From: Spirochaetales bacterium | GTDB taxonomy: Bacteria > Spirochaetota > Spirochaetia > JABEVK01 | DNA length: 64,000 bases | NCBI GenBank assembly: GCA_027451945.1 | Contig: DAIDHT010000035.1 | Location: forward strand, 2,380-66,379 | Direction of reading: 5' to 3' | In this document: positions 17,288 to 25,792 of the stretch, in pieces | How positions within the stretch are numbered: position 1 is the first letter of the stretch | Layout: the number at the start of each line of letters is the position of its first letter | Program-made: the position numbers and the translations under genes | The notes under the pieces: generated by a model | Told to the model about the DNA's origin: nothing | The model's input: the letters and a program-made list of their open reading frames with translations, nothing else | The model's database searches: none

Positions 17288-19144
17288 TCAGAACTCTTGA
17301 AATTTGACTAGACCCTCGCGAATTTGACGGAAGGCTTGGGCCAGAGTGTCCATTCCATAGGGCTTTTGAAGAAATCCCGCAGCCCCTGCCTCGAGAGCCT
17401 CGTTCACTTTATCTCCTTTGCCAAAGCCAGACGTAAGAAGCACAGGTAACTCGGGGACAAGTTCGTGTATTTGCCGAAAGACATCTAAGCCATTTTGTCC
17501 TGGAAGGATGAGGTCCAACAGCATTAATCGGATTTCGGAAGATTTATTCTTAACGAGTTCAAGGGCTTCTTTGCCGTCTCGTGCAGTGAGAACCTCATAG
17601 CCAAAGCGGCGTAAAATGCTACTTGCGACTTGAAGCATCATAGGCTCATCATCGCAAACTAAAACTGTGCCAGAATCTTGCCAAACATATCCTTGTGGGA
17701 CCCGCGGCTGATCAGCCTGAGCTTGTGGTAACCAGAGGTGAAGAATCCTATGCTGGCCTGAAAGTTCTTCGGCATCGACGAAACCTTCCATCGATTCCAC
17801 GATTTTGTAGATCGCCACCATCGTGATCATCCACGATAGGTCTTGAGGTAAAGTTTTTTGTGGATATTGGAAAATTGCTTGTAGTCGCCAGTAACGTTGC
17901 GAATCAGACCAGAGAGGCCAAGGCAGGACCCCTTGCTCTTCTTGGATGGAAAATTGTAGGGCGGCGTTATCAGAAAGGGGATCTAAAAGTCGTTCGTTAA
18001 GCCGTTGAAGATCCTCGGGAGTTGCCATCACCAAAACTGGCTTGAGCGGACCCTCAAGACGAAATTTTTCTTCTGCCGAAAGCGTTTTTCCGGTTGTTCG
18101 TAGGCTTTTTAACCAGTCAAGGTTGGTTCGCGGTAAAGGTAACCCCTCATTGTCGGGGGGAATACGGCGAAGAAGCTTCTGAAGCCGCACCAAACCATCT
18201 TGAGAGGGAATAGCTGCGTGGCTTAGCTGTTGTGAAACGCTTTTGAGTTCTTGGGCGACATTTTCTGTCAGCGAGCGCAAAAGTGACAGCTGCTGGTGAC
18301 GTTGTCGTTGTTCGTCCTGGTGCCTGCTTACGGTTACGTCTTCTAGGTGCACGACTAGTTCATCCCCTTGATCCGCCGAAAGGGGGTGAATCTGGAGGTG
18401 AATAAATCGTTCGGCACCATTTACAAACAAGGGAATATTCCGTCGAAAATCGGCTTTTCTTGATATTGTAGCCGCTTCGAGTAAGGGTTTCAGGGGGCCA
18501 AGCCAAGGGGCAACTTCAAAAAGTTTTTTCCCCACCGCATCTGCGACGGGTATACCCGCCCACTGTTCGATTTGCTGATTCCAAAGGACGACATTGAGGT
18601 GAGAATCGACGGTAACTAAAACTGAGGTTAAGGAATTGATGATGTCTTGCAGGTAGCGTCGGCTCTGGGCAATCTTCTTGAGGTGATTGTAGGCGCGGAG
18701 CGACGAGATGAGTGTCGTTCGGAGCTTTGAAACCGTTAATTCTGTTTTGTCTTTAAAATCATTGATATCATAGTTGATGATGATGCGATCTTCTGGAGCA
18801 TTTCCTGACTGACCTGTCCTCATGATGATTCGAATTTCATGATTTTTGAGTTCGTGACGGATGTAGCGAACCAAATCAAACCCCGAATCTGCTGTGTCCA
18901 TCACGACATCAAGTAGGATTAAAGCAATATCAGGGTGCGTGCTTAATTGGACTTTCACGTCCTCTTCGCCATAGGCAGAAATAAGTTCAAGTTTTCGGCC
19001 TTCGAAGGTGAAGTCGCCAAGGGCAAGCTTAGTTACCAAATGAACCGAGGGCTCATCGTCGGCAATGAGAATCTTCCAGGTCGTAGACACGGGAGCCGAA
19101 GAAAGCCCTGGTTCTTCGGCAAAGTTCATAAAATCTGTAGCCAC
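17288..19144 (-). CDS. REC - PAS - degenerate histidine-kinase-like core - REC signalling protein
   Basis: N-terminal receiver ILIADDEPS...LILLDVVM...IIMRTGQ. PAS-like region INSLTSVLVTVDSHLNVVLWN. C-terminal receiver VLVCDDEP...LMLLDLILPG...VLLTSGFG. Confidence 0.75.
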   Translation of the reverse strand: MATDFMNFAEEPGLSSAPVSTTWKILIADDEPSVHLVTKLALGDFTFEGRKLELISAYGEEDVKVQLSTHPDIALILLDVVMDTADSGFDLVRYIRHELKNHEIRIIMRTGQSGNAPEDRIIINYDINDFKDKTELTVSKLRTTLISSLRAYNHLKKIAQSRRYLQDIINSLTSVLVTVDSHLNVVLWNQQIEQWAGIPVADAVGKKLFEVAPWLGPLKPLLEAATISRKADFRRNIPLFVNGAERFIHLQIHPLSADQGDELVVHLEDVTVSRHQDEQRQRHQQLSLLRSLTENVAQELKSVSQQLSHAAIPSQDGLVRLQKLLRRIPPDNEGLPLPRTNLDWLKSLRTTGKTLSAEEKFRLEGPLKPVLVMATPEDLQRLNERLLDPLSDNAALQFSIQEEQGVLPWPLWSDSQRYWRLQAIFQYPQKTLPQDLSWMITMVAIYKIVESMEGFVDAEELSGQHRILHLWLPQAQADQPRVPQGYVWQDSGTVLVCDDEPMMLQVASSILRRFGYEVLTARDGKEALELVKNKSSEIRLMLLDLILPGQNGLDVFRQIHELVPELPVLLTSGFGKGDKVNEALEAGAAGFLQKPYGMDTLAQAFRQIREGLVKFQEF

Positions 19145-19216
19145 ACTTCCATTTTAGGTAAACTCCCCGGCGGCGTCAAAGCATTCTTGAAAAAATAGTT
19201 TCAGGTCGAGCTCTCG

Positions 19217-19861
19217 TTAAGGAAGATGTCCCAGTTGTTTAAGGCTAACAAAAGCTTGCCGGCTAAAGATAAGGTGGTCCAGCAGGGGAATCCCTAAAAG
19301 GTCTCCGGCTTGCTTTAAACGGACGGTGACCTCCAAATCTTCCCGACTAGGCTGAAGCTGGCCAGACGGGTGATTGTGAGCGACAATGATGCCAGCACTT
19401 CTGTCGCCGAGCGCAGGGGCAAAAACTTCACGCGGATGGACAAGGGTACGATTGACTAAACCTATGGTAATCACCCTAAGGCGGAGCAATTCTTGTGCAC
19501 CGTTAAGGGTTGCACATAAAAATACCTCCTGAGGACGTTCCGCCCAGCGAACGAGTTGCGAAAAGAGCGCTTCGGGAGAGGTTATTCGAGACATTCGAGG
19601 ACTAAGTTTACGCCGCGAAAGTTCCCAAGTAGCTGCAACTTTTAAGGCTATTGCGGAACTCAGACCTAGTTCGCGCCATTGCTTCCAAGTTGATTCACCG
19701 GGAATCTGGGAGTCCCAGACCTCAAGGTATTTGTGGGCTTGGCCCGGTTCTCGTTCTGGCTTTCGTGTACCCAAAAGGTGCTGAATGAGTTCAAGATCGG
19801 AAAGATTTTCCATGATCAGTCGTGCCGAACGCGTCTTTGTAGGTTTCGTTTGAGTATTCAT
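19217..19861 (-). CDS. radC: RadC-family JAB/MPN domain protein
   Basis: HNHPSGQLQPSREDLEVT (JAMM-like) and LSDLELIQHLLG (HhH region). The start was trimmed from 19996 to ATG 19861 because the longer form overlaps the pth promoter and start. Confidence 0.78.
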   Translation of the reverse strand: MNTQTKPTKTRSARLIMENLSDLELIQHLLGTRKPEREPGQAHKYLEVWDSQIPGESTWKQWRELGLSSAIALKVAATWELSRRKLSPRMSRITSPEALFSQLVRWAERPQEVFLCATLNGAQELLRLRVITIGLVNRTLVHPREVFAPALGDRSAGIIVAHNHPSGQLQPSREDLEVTVRLKQAGDLLGIPLLDHLIFSRQAFVSLKQLGHLP

Positions 19862-19893
19862 GCCCGGGATAACGGACAAGACACCTGTTCGGC

Positions 19894-19923
19894 TTGAAAA
19901 ATCCCTACAAAAAAACGTAGGTT
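19894..19923 (+). promoter_or_regulatory. promoter TTGAAA-N18-TAGGTT, 6 nt upstream of ATG 19930 (leaderless candidate)
   Basis: Hexamers at 19894-19899 and 19918-19923. Confidence 0.45.
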
Positions 19924-19929
19924 GTGCAA

Positions 19930-20469
19930 ATGAATTTAGACCGCATTCAAGCTCTTGTATTTCTAGGAAATCCTGGGCGAGATTATGAAGCGACAAGACA
20001 CAATGCCGGGTGGCGGGTGGTGGACGCTTTCCCCTGGCAAAATCGAGGTTTGTGGCAAAAAAAGTTTCAAGGGCAGTGGACTACCGCTTTTTGGGCTGGT
20101 CAAAAGCTTACCCTGCTTCTTCCTGAAACCTACATGAATTTGAGCGGCGAGAGCGCTCGAGCACTCGGTGACTACTTTCGCCTTGCTCCCGCTTCTTGGT
20201 TGGCCGTCCATGATGATATCGATCTAGCCTTTGGCGAGGTCAAAGGACAGTTTGGCGGCGGGCTGGGGGGGCACAATGGTTTGCGTTCCTTGAAACAGCA
20301 TTGGGGCACCTCAGATTTTTTTCGATTGAGAATTGGGGTAGGTCGTCCTGCGCGTGGAAGTGTCGCTGACTACGTTTTAGGACGTTTTACCCCCGAGGAG
20401 GAGGCGGAATGGCCTCGCCTGCTGGAGCGAATCGTGGCTGTTTTGCAAGAAATGCTGGAGTTACCCTAA
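19930..20469 (+). CDS. pth: peptidyl-tRNA hydrolase
   Basis: LVFLGNPGRDYEATRHNAGW and HDDIDL. ATG 19930 is preferred over the in-frame GTG 19924 because of the promoter geometry. Confidence 0.9.
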   Translation: MNLDRIQALVFLGNPGRDYEATRHNAGWRVVDAFPWQNRGLWQKKFQGQWTTAFWAGQKLTLLLPETYMNLSGESARALGDYFRLAPASWLAVHDDIDLAFGEVKGQFGGGLGGHNGLRSLKQHWGTSDFFRLRIGVGRPARGSVADYVLGRFTPEEEAEWPRLLERIVAVLQEMLELP

Positions 20470-20545
20470 GAAACATGGCCTAAGGACCTTTATTTTGTAA
20501 TGACTTCCGTGTTAAATTACACAAAGAATCGAGGGAGGCCTTATC

Positions 20546-21241
20546 ATGAAGGTTTTGATCGTAGAAGATGAAGTAAAAATTCAACGTTTGCTTGCTCAAA
20601 GCCTCAAGGCGGAAGGCTGGGCTTCAGAAGCCTGTGGCTCCGCAGAGCTGGCCCTGCCGTTGATTGAGAAAGATCAGTTTGATGCTTTTGTCCTTGATGT
20701 TATGTTGCCTGGACAAAATGGCATGGATTTTTGCCGATTTTTACGAGACAAGGGGGTTAAGCAACCCATTCTTCTCTTAACAGCAAAGTCAACCATTTCC
20801 GATAAAGTCGAAGGCCTCGACGCGGGAGCGGATGATTACCTGACAAAACCTTTTGAAATTGAAGAGTTTAAGGCCCGTATTCGAGCCTTGTTCCGCAAAG
20901 CCCAAAATTATCCCCGTGATGTCGTGCAAACCGGAGATCTGACCCTTGACCCGAACTCGAGGGTCGTGATGCGGGCCGGAAAAGAAATCATCCTTTCAAA
21001 AAAAGAATCACAGCTCCTAGAGTATTTGATGCGTCATCAAGGTCAAATTGTGACCCGCGCGATGATTGCGAAGTCGGTTTGGGATTCAGAGACAACGCTG
21101 TATACCAACGTGATTGATGTTTTTGTGAATCGGCTTCGCAAGAAAATTGATGAAGGGCAACGTTACCGCTTAATTCAGACAGTACGTGGAAAGGGCTTTG
21201 TCGTCGGAGATATGGGTCCACAAATTGAGGATAGCCTTTGA
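20546..21241 (+). CDS. OmpR-family response regulator
   Basis: Receiver domain (VLIVEDE, FVLDVMLPG, LLLTAK) plus winged-helix domain (LTLDP...LSKKE..LLEYL...VRGKGF). GAGGGAGG Shine-Dalgarno. Confidence 0.9.
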   Translation: MKVLIVEDEVKIQRLLAQSLKAEGWASEACGSAELALPLIEKDQFDAFVLDVMLPGQNGMDFCRFLRDKGVKQPILLLTAKSTISDKVEGLDAGADDYLTKPFEIEEFKARIRALFRKAQNYPRDVVQTGDLTLDPNSRVVMRAGKEIILSKKESQLLEYLMRHQGQIVTRAMIAKSVWDSETTLYTNVIDVFVNRLRKKIDEGQRYRLIQTVRGKGFVVGDMGPQIEDSL

Positions 21242-22689
21242 CCCCAGGTCTGTCGATCCGGCATCGTCTGGTTCTGACACACATTGGTTTGACGGTTCTT
21301 TTGCTAACCGCTCTCGGGGTGGGCTCCTTTGTCTGGTACGAAGGTCGTCAACGCCAATTGTTAGATCATTTTCTCTTGACCGAAGCTCAGCTGGCTCTTG
21401 ATTCTTGTAGTTCGTACTGGCAGAACCAGACAGAGGTTCACCTACAAAGTAGCAACTTTCAGGCGTATCTCAATGCCTACTGGCAGAGACGACTCAATCG
21501 GCCTTTGCTCTTTAAAACCACTATTTATCTTCTGGATCTTCAGAACCAAGTAATCAGTGCTTCAAACCATGCTTTATCCCTTGAAAAAGCTATTCGTCAG
21601 CTTGAAACCTCTGCAACCTTTGTCACAATTCGTAACGCACCAGAACCTTTTCGCGTTCTTAACGAACCGTGGTACGAAAATCATAAGTTGGTCGGAGAAA
21701 TCCGTGTCGCTTGTCTGTTGGCGGATAAGGGAACCTCGACGTGGAGTTTTCTTGGTGTTTTAGCCATTCTTTTAACCGGCTCCATTATCTTTAGTTCCGC
21801 TTTAGGGACCTTACTCATCTCTCGAGCCCTTCGCCCCGTTGCAAAAATGTCCGCTACCGCCGCCCATCTATCCGAAACCCACCTTGAGGATCGTTTACCC
21901 CAACCGCCGGGAAATGATGAAATTGGCCTTTTGGCCTCGACTTTGAATCAGCTTTTAGACCGGTTAGCTCTTGATCGAAGTTTTCAGGAACGCTTGGTAG
22001 AAGACCTTTCGCATCAATTGAGAACTCCTTTGACCATTTTGCGGGGGCGCAACGAAAATCTTTTGAACAAAAGTGACCTACCCCCTCGATGGCGAGAGGT
22101 TTTTGAAGACAACTTGATGGACGTCGACCAGATTGTTTCTTTTCTGAATACGATGCTCAAGTTAGCGCAACTAGAGAAAGGCTTGGAACAAGTTAACTGG
22201 GAAAAGCAAAGTTTGTCGCTGTTAACCCACGAGATAGTCGAGGAAATGTCCCCGCTTTGGGAGGATAAAGAATTGCGGCTGGTGCCCCAATGGGAAGGAA
22301 GCCCGACCGAGTGGGAGAACCTTCCCCCCTTAAAGACAGCGCTCGACCCTGTGACGGCCAAACAAGCACTAATGAATGTTTTAGACAACACCTATCGTCA
22401 CGCACCGCCAGGGTCGAAAGTTCGGATTGATTTTCATCAAGGGGTTTCACCGCAAAAGGTTCGTGAAATTACGCTAACGATCACCAATCAGGGACCGCCG
22501 ATACCCACAGAAAGTCTAGAAAAGATTTTTCAACGATTTTATCGCTTGCCAGAGGATCGCGAGTCCGAGGGGTATGGCTTAGGCTTGGCCATTGCGCGGA
22601 GCATGATGGAACAACAGAAAGGCCGTCTCAGAGCCTTGAATCCCCTTGAAGGTGGTGCAGCGTTTGAGTTTGTTTGGCCAGCTGTCTAA
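21238..22689 (+). CDS. sensor histidine kinase (2 TM, HAMP, HisKA, HATPase_c)
   Basis: H-box LSHQLRTPLT, N-box LMNVLDNTYRHA, G-box GYGLGLAIA. The TTG start overlaps the response-regulator stop (TTGA). Confidence 0.88.
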   Translation: MTPGLSIRHRLVLTHIGLTVLLLTALGVGSFVWYEGRQRQLLDHFLLTEAQLALDSCSSYWQNQTEVHLQSSNFQAYLNAYWQRRLNRPLLFKTTIYLLDLQNQVISASNHALSLEKAIRQLETSATFVTIRNAPEPFRVLNEPWYENHKLVGEIRVACLLADKGTSTWSFLGVLAILLTGSIIFSSALGTLLISRALRPVAKMSATAAHLSETHLEDRLPQPPGNDEIGLLASTLNQLLDRLALDRSFQERLVEDLSHQLRTPLTILRGRNENLLNKSDLPPRWREVFEDNLMDVDQIVSFLNTMLKLAQLEKGLEQVNWEKQSLSLLTHEIVEEMSPLWEDKELRLVPQWEGSPTEWENLPPLKTALDPVTAKQALMNVLDNTYRHAPPGSKVRIDFHQGVSPQKVREITLTITNQGPPIPTESLEKIFQRFYRLPEDRESEGYGLGLAIARSMMEQQKGRLRALNPLEGGAAFEFVWPAV

Positions 22690-22734
22690 GGCGATTGTCT
22701 AACGAGCTATAGTTACACCTAAGAACCAGCCCTC

Positions 22735-23658
22735 TTAGCTTTCGAAAATTTGAGCTAGCTCGTCGCGGGTAAAACGGTAGACAGAAGAACAGTTGGCGCA
22801 GGTGGTTTCTAATGGAAACGGTCCTTTCTCAAGAATATCGGCTTTCTCCTCTGCCGAGAAACCTTGAAGGACATTTTGAAAGCGCTCCTTAGAACACGGG
22901 CAAAAGAATTCTACAGTGCGGTTTCCTAAAATCTTGGGGGAAGCATCATTAAACCAAAAATCCAAAAGTGCTTTCGCTGAATGACTTTGTTCAGCGTTTT
23001 CACCAATGGATGGAAGCTGGTTAAGCCGTTCCGCCATAGAATTCCAAACACTATCAGGGCAACCAGGCAGGGCTTGGATCAAAAGACCCGCCGCGGCAAG
23101 CGATTTTCCCCCCTCTGCAAAGGGTAGGCTAAGATCTAGCGCCGTCGAGGTTTGTTCTGATTGATCAAAATAGTGCACTAGGCCTCTGGCTAGCGATCGC
23201 TGGTCAAAGGCAACGGTTCCTGTAACGGGCACTCTTTTCCCCTCGCGGGTGTATGTTACAGAGAGAGTACCCGTTCCCCAAAGCTCGGAAAACGGAGCTT
23301 CTTTCCAAGCCGTGGGAATGCGAATAGGATTTTCAAAGAGATACCCTCGGACTTCACCATACGCATTAGCATCAACGGTAAAGCCACCAAGAGGACCGTT
23401 CGTGTTCACTTTGAGGTTGAGTCGATCTTCACCCTTGAGGGTTGAAGCCATCAAGAGGGCTGCCACATAAGCTTGACCCAAAAAATACGTTTCAAAGGGT
23501 CCGAGCTGATGGCTTTGAGCCATTTCTTCCACAACCATATTGGCTTGAACGTAGGCCCCACGAATCAGGCCTCCATAGAGGGTAAAGTGAGTAAGTTTTT
23601 CAGCAGCTCTACGTCTCCAGAGGTCTTCAGGCGTGCCAGGCAAAGGAGCTTTGTTCAT
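22735..23658 (-). CDS. hslO: redox-regulated chaperone Hsp33
   Basis: C-terminal zinc centre FFCPCSKERF ... CANCSSVYRF (CxC...CxxC). Confidence 0.88.
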   Translation of the reverse strand: MNKAPLPGTPEDLWRRRAAEKLTHFTLYGGLIRGAYVQANMVVEEMAQSHQLGPFETYFLGQAYVAALLMASTLKGEDRLNLKVNTNGPLGGFTVDANAYGEVRGYLFENPIRIPTAWKEAPFSELWGTGTLSVTYTREGKRVPVTGTVAFDQRSLARGLVHYFDQSEQTSTALDLSLPFAEGGKSLAAAGLLIQALPGCPDSVWNSMAERLNQLPSIGENAEQSHSAKALLDFWFNDASPKILGNRTVEFFCPCSKERFQNVLQGFSAEEKADILEKGPFPLETTCANCSSVYRFTRDELAQIFES

Positions 23659-23683
23659 AGTTCACCAAAAATAGTCACAAGGG

Positions 23684-25036
23684 TTAAAGTTGTCCAGCGT
23701 ATTCAGGTACGAGTTCTCCCTCCACAGACAGAGGAACCACTTGGGTAATGCGCAGGTTGACAAACTGTCCAGTCAAGTCTTTTCCCTGAGAGGGGAAGCG
23801 CACTGCCACTTTGCCCTCGGTCCGTGCCGCCCAGTAGCCTGGTTTACGGTCAGGTTTGTCGACGAGAACACGAAGAGTTTGTCCGACAAGTGATTGGTTA
23901 TAGGCCAAACTGCTTGCTAAAAGAACGTCTGTTAACTCGTGAAAACGACTCTTTTTTACTTCGCGAGGAACGTCATCCTCCCATCGGTACGAAGCGGCAC
24001 CTGGACGAGGACTGTATTGGGCAATAAAGGCCATTTGAAATTGAAATTCTTCGAGAGCTAGACGCGTGTTGTAAAACTGCTCGTCAGTCTCACCGGTAAA
24101 CCCCACAATAATGTCGGTAAAAAGTGTGGCCGTAGGGAGAATCGACCGGATATCCTTGACAATATCTCGATACCGATCAAGGCCATAATTTCGGTTCATA
24201 CGAATGAGAACTTTGTCGTCGCCGGATTGAAGGGGAAGGTGAATCTGTTTGGCAAGCACCGGATATTCCGCAATAACCTCTAAGACCTCGCGCGTCATGT
24301 CTCGGGGATGAGGCGAGGTAAAGTATGTCCAGAAATCAGCCTTTTCGCGTTGGCCAATTTTGCCGACTTCTCTTAAAAGCTCTGCAAACGTTAGCTCCTG
24401 CCCTGGGCGATCTTGACCGTAGGAGTTCACGTTTTGCCCCAGCAAGGTCACCGACTTGTACCCCGCTCTGACAAGGTTTTGCACTTCTTCGAGAACTTCG
24501 TTCGAAGGGCGTGAGACTTCACGGCCACGAGTATAAGGTACGGCACAAAATGTACAAAATTTGTCACAGCCATTTTGAATGGGAACGAAAGCCTCGAAGG
24601 GACTGCTGTACTGTGGTTTTACTTGCCAAAAGCCCCCCATCAAAGGGGAAAATTCTGTCTCTTCGCGCTCTAAAGAGGTGCTCAAGGGTGTCGTCACACC
24701 GTACTGGCGAAACATGTCGGGTAGGTCTTTTAGTTGTTGTAAGCTAAAAATTAAATCGAATTTTTTCAAAAACTTTTCATGGTCAGCAGGAAGAATACAG
24801 CCAGAAACAAAGGTCAAAAGATTTTTTGAGGCTTTTTGCTCATTCCATTCATAGATTTTTGAGTAGACTTTATCGATTGCTTTTTGACGTACAGAGCAGG
24901 CAACAATACCGCGGACAAATGCTTCTTCTTCGTTCTCGGTTTTCTCCAGGCCCATTTGACGAAGAACAGCCTGAATTCGTTCAGAATCCGACTGATTCAT
25001 TTGGCAACCCAAATTTAAAATAAAGTATTTCATCAT
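23684..25036 (-). CDS. miaB: tRNA-2-methylthio-N6-dimethylallyladenosine synthase MiaB
   Basis: N-terminal LNLGCQMNQSDSE. Radical SAM motif GCDKFCTFCAVPYTRGRE. C-terminal TRAM-like region. Confidence 0.9.
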   Translation of the reverse strand: MMKYFILNLGCQMNQSDSERIQAVLRQMGLEKTENEEEAFVRGIVACSVRQKAIDKVYSKIYEWNEQKASKNLLTFVSGCILPADHEKFLKKFDLIFSLQQLKDLPDMFRQYGVTTPLSTSLEREETEFSPLMGGFWQVKPQYSSPFEAFVPIQNGCDKFCTFCAVPYTRGREVSRPSNEVLEEVQNLVRAGYKSVTLLGQNVNSYGQDRPGQELTFAELLREVGKIGQREKADFWTYFTSPHPRDMTREVLEVIAEYPVLAKQIHLPLQSGDDKVLIRMNRNYGLDRYRDIVKDIRSILPTATLFTDIIVGFTGETDEQFYNTRLALEEFQFQMAFIAQYSPRPGAASYRWEDDVPREVKKSRFHELTDVLLASSLAYNQSLVGQTLRVLVDKPDRKPGYWAARTEGKVAVRFPSQGKDLTGQFVNLRITQVVPLSVEGELVPEYAGQL

Positions 25037-25048
25037 TGGTCCGCCTTG

Positions 25049-25696
25049 TTAGAAATAAACTTCTGTAAAGATTTGCGACGAAGGGATTCCCTTTTCTTTG
25101 AGCAGGTCAAAGGCGTCGTAGATCATATCACAATTACCGCAAAGGTACACTTGAGTCTCGGACAACCACTCATGGTCACGCAGATATTGGGTGACCCTCC
25201 CTTGGTAATCGCCACCGCCCCCGGTAACGCAACTGACCAACCGTGAACGGTCAAAATCAGCATAGCCGTATTGCTCTTCCTGATGTCTCACTCCGTGAAG
25301 GAATTGGTAATTGAGGGTCGGCAAGGAATTGGTAAGACAATGGAAAGGAGAAAGGCCTGTTCCCGTCGCAATGAACAAAAACGGTTTTTGTTTTTGCGCT
25401 TCTGAGATCAAAAAATAGCCGAAGGGCCCATCAACAGCCAAAAAGTCGCCTGGTTTGGTTTGCGCAAGTTGACGGCTGACTTTACCATCGGGGACTACCC
25501 GTATAAGGATTTCTAAAAAGTCGGCAGTGAGAGGGGAATAAATGGAATATTCGCGCTGTTCTCGGTGCCCTGCAAGGCCCACGCTGAGATATTGACCTGG
25601 TTGAAAGGTCAGTCCTTCGCGGCTAAAACGGAGAATAAAAGTCTCGGGAGTGATAAAGGTCACCGACTGGACCTGACATTGGCGTTGAGCTTCCAC
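25049..25696 (-). CDS. ferredoxin/flavodoxin-NADP reductase-like FAD-binding oxidoreductase
   Basis: QPGQYLSVG, REYSIYS (RxYS FAD motif), ATGTGLSPF (NAD(P) binding) and YLCGN. GTG start. Confidence 0.75.
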   Translation of the reverse strand: MEAQRQCQVQSVTFITPETFILRFSREGLTFQPGQYLSVGLAGHREQREYSIYSPLTADFLEILIRVVPDGKVSRQLAQTKPGDFLAVDGPFGYFLISEAQKQKPFLFIATGTGLSPFHCLTNSLPTLNYQFLHGVRHQEEQYGYADFDRSRLVSCVTGGGGDYQGRVTQYLRDHEWLSETQVYLCGNCDMIYDAFDLLKEKGIPSSQIFTEVYF

Positions 25697-25702
25697 CGGC
25701 CC

Positions 25703-25731
25703 AAAATAGGGTAAACGACAGCTTTAGTCAA
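25703..25731 (-). promoter_or_regulatory. promoter TTGACT-N17-TATTTT, 6 nt upstream of GTG 25696 (leaderless candidate)
   Basis: Minus-strand hexamers at 25731-25726 and 25708-25703. Confidence 0.4.
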
Positions 25732-25780
25732 GTTTCAAGCCGGTAGCCTAAGGACACTCCTCAGGCCCAATTTTTTCAGG

Positions 25781-25786
25781 TACAAT
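25781..25786 (+). promoter_or_regulatory. -10 element TACAAT, 6 nt upstream of rarA ATG 25793 (leaderless candidate; no convincing -35)
   Basis: The hexamer matches TATAAT at 5 of 6 positions. No Shine-Dalgarno is present. Confidence 0.3.
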
Positions 25787-25792
25787 CAATCT

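Noticed and set aside
20496-20521. Inverted repeat TGTAAT-N14-ATTACA upstream of the response-regulator/kinase operon, considered as an operator
   Set aside because: Only 6 bp per arm, AT-rich, and expected by chance in intergenic DNA. OmpR-family regulators usually bind direct repeats.
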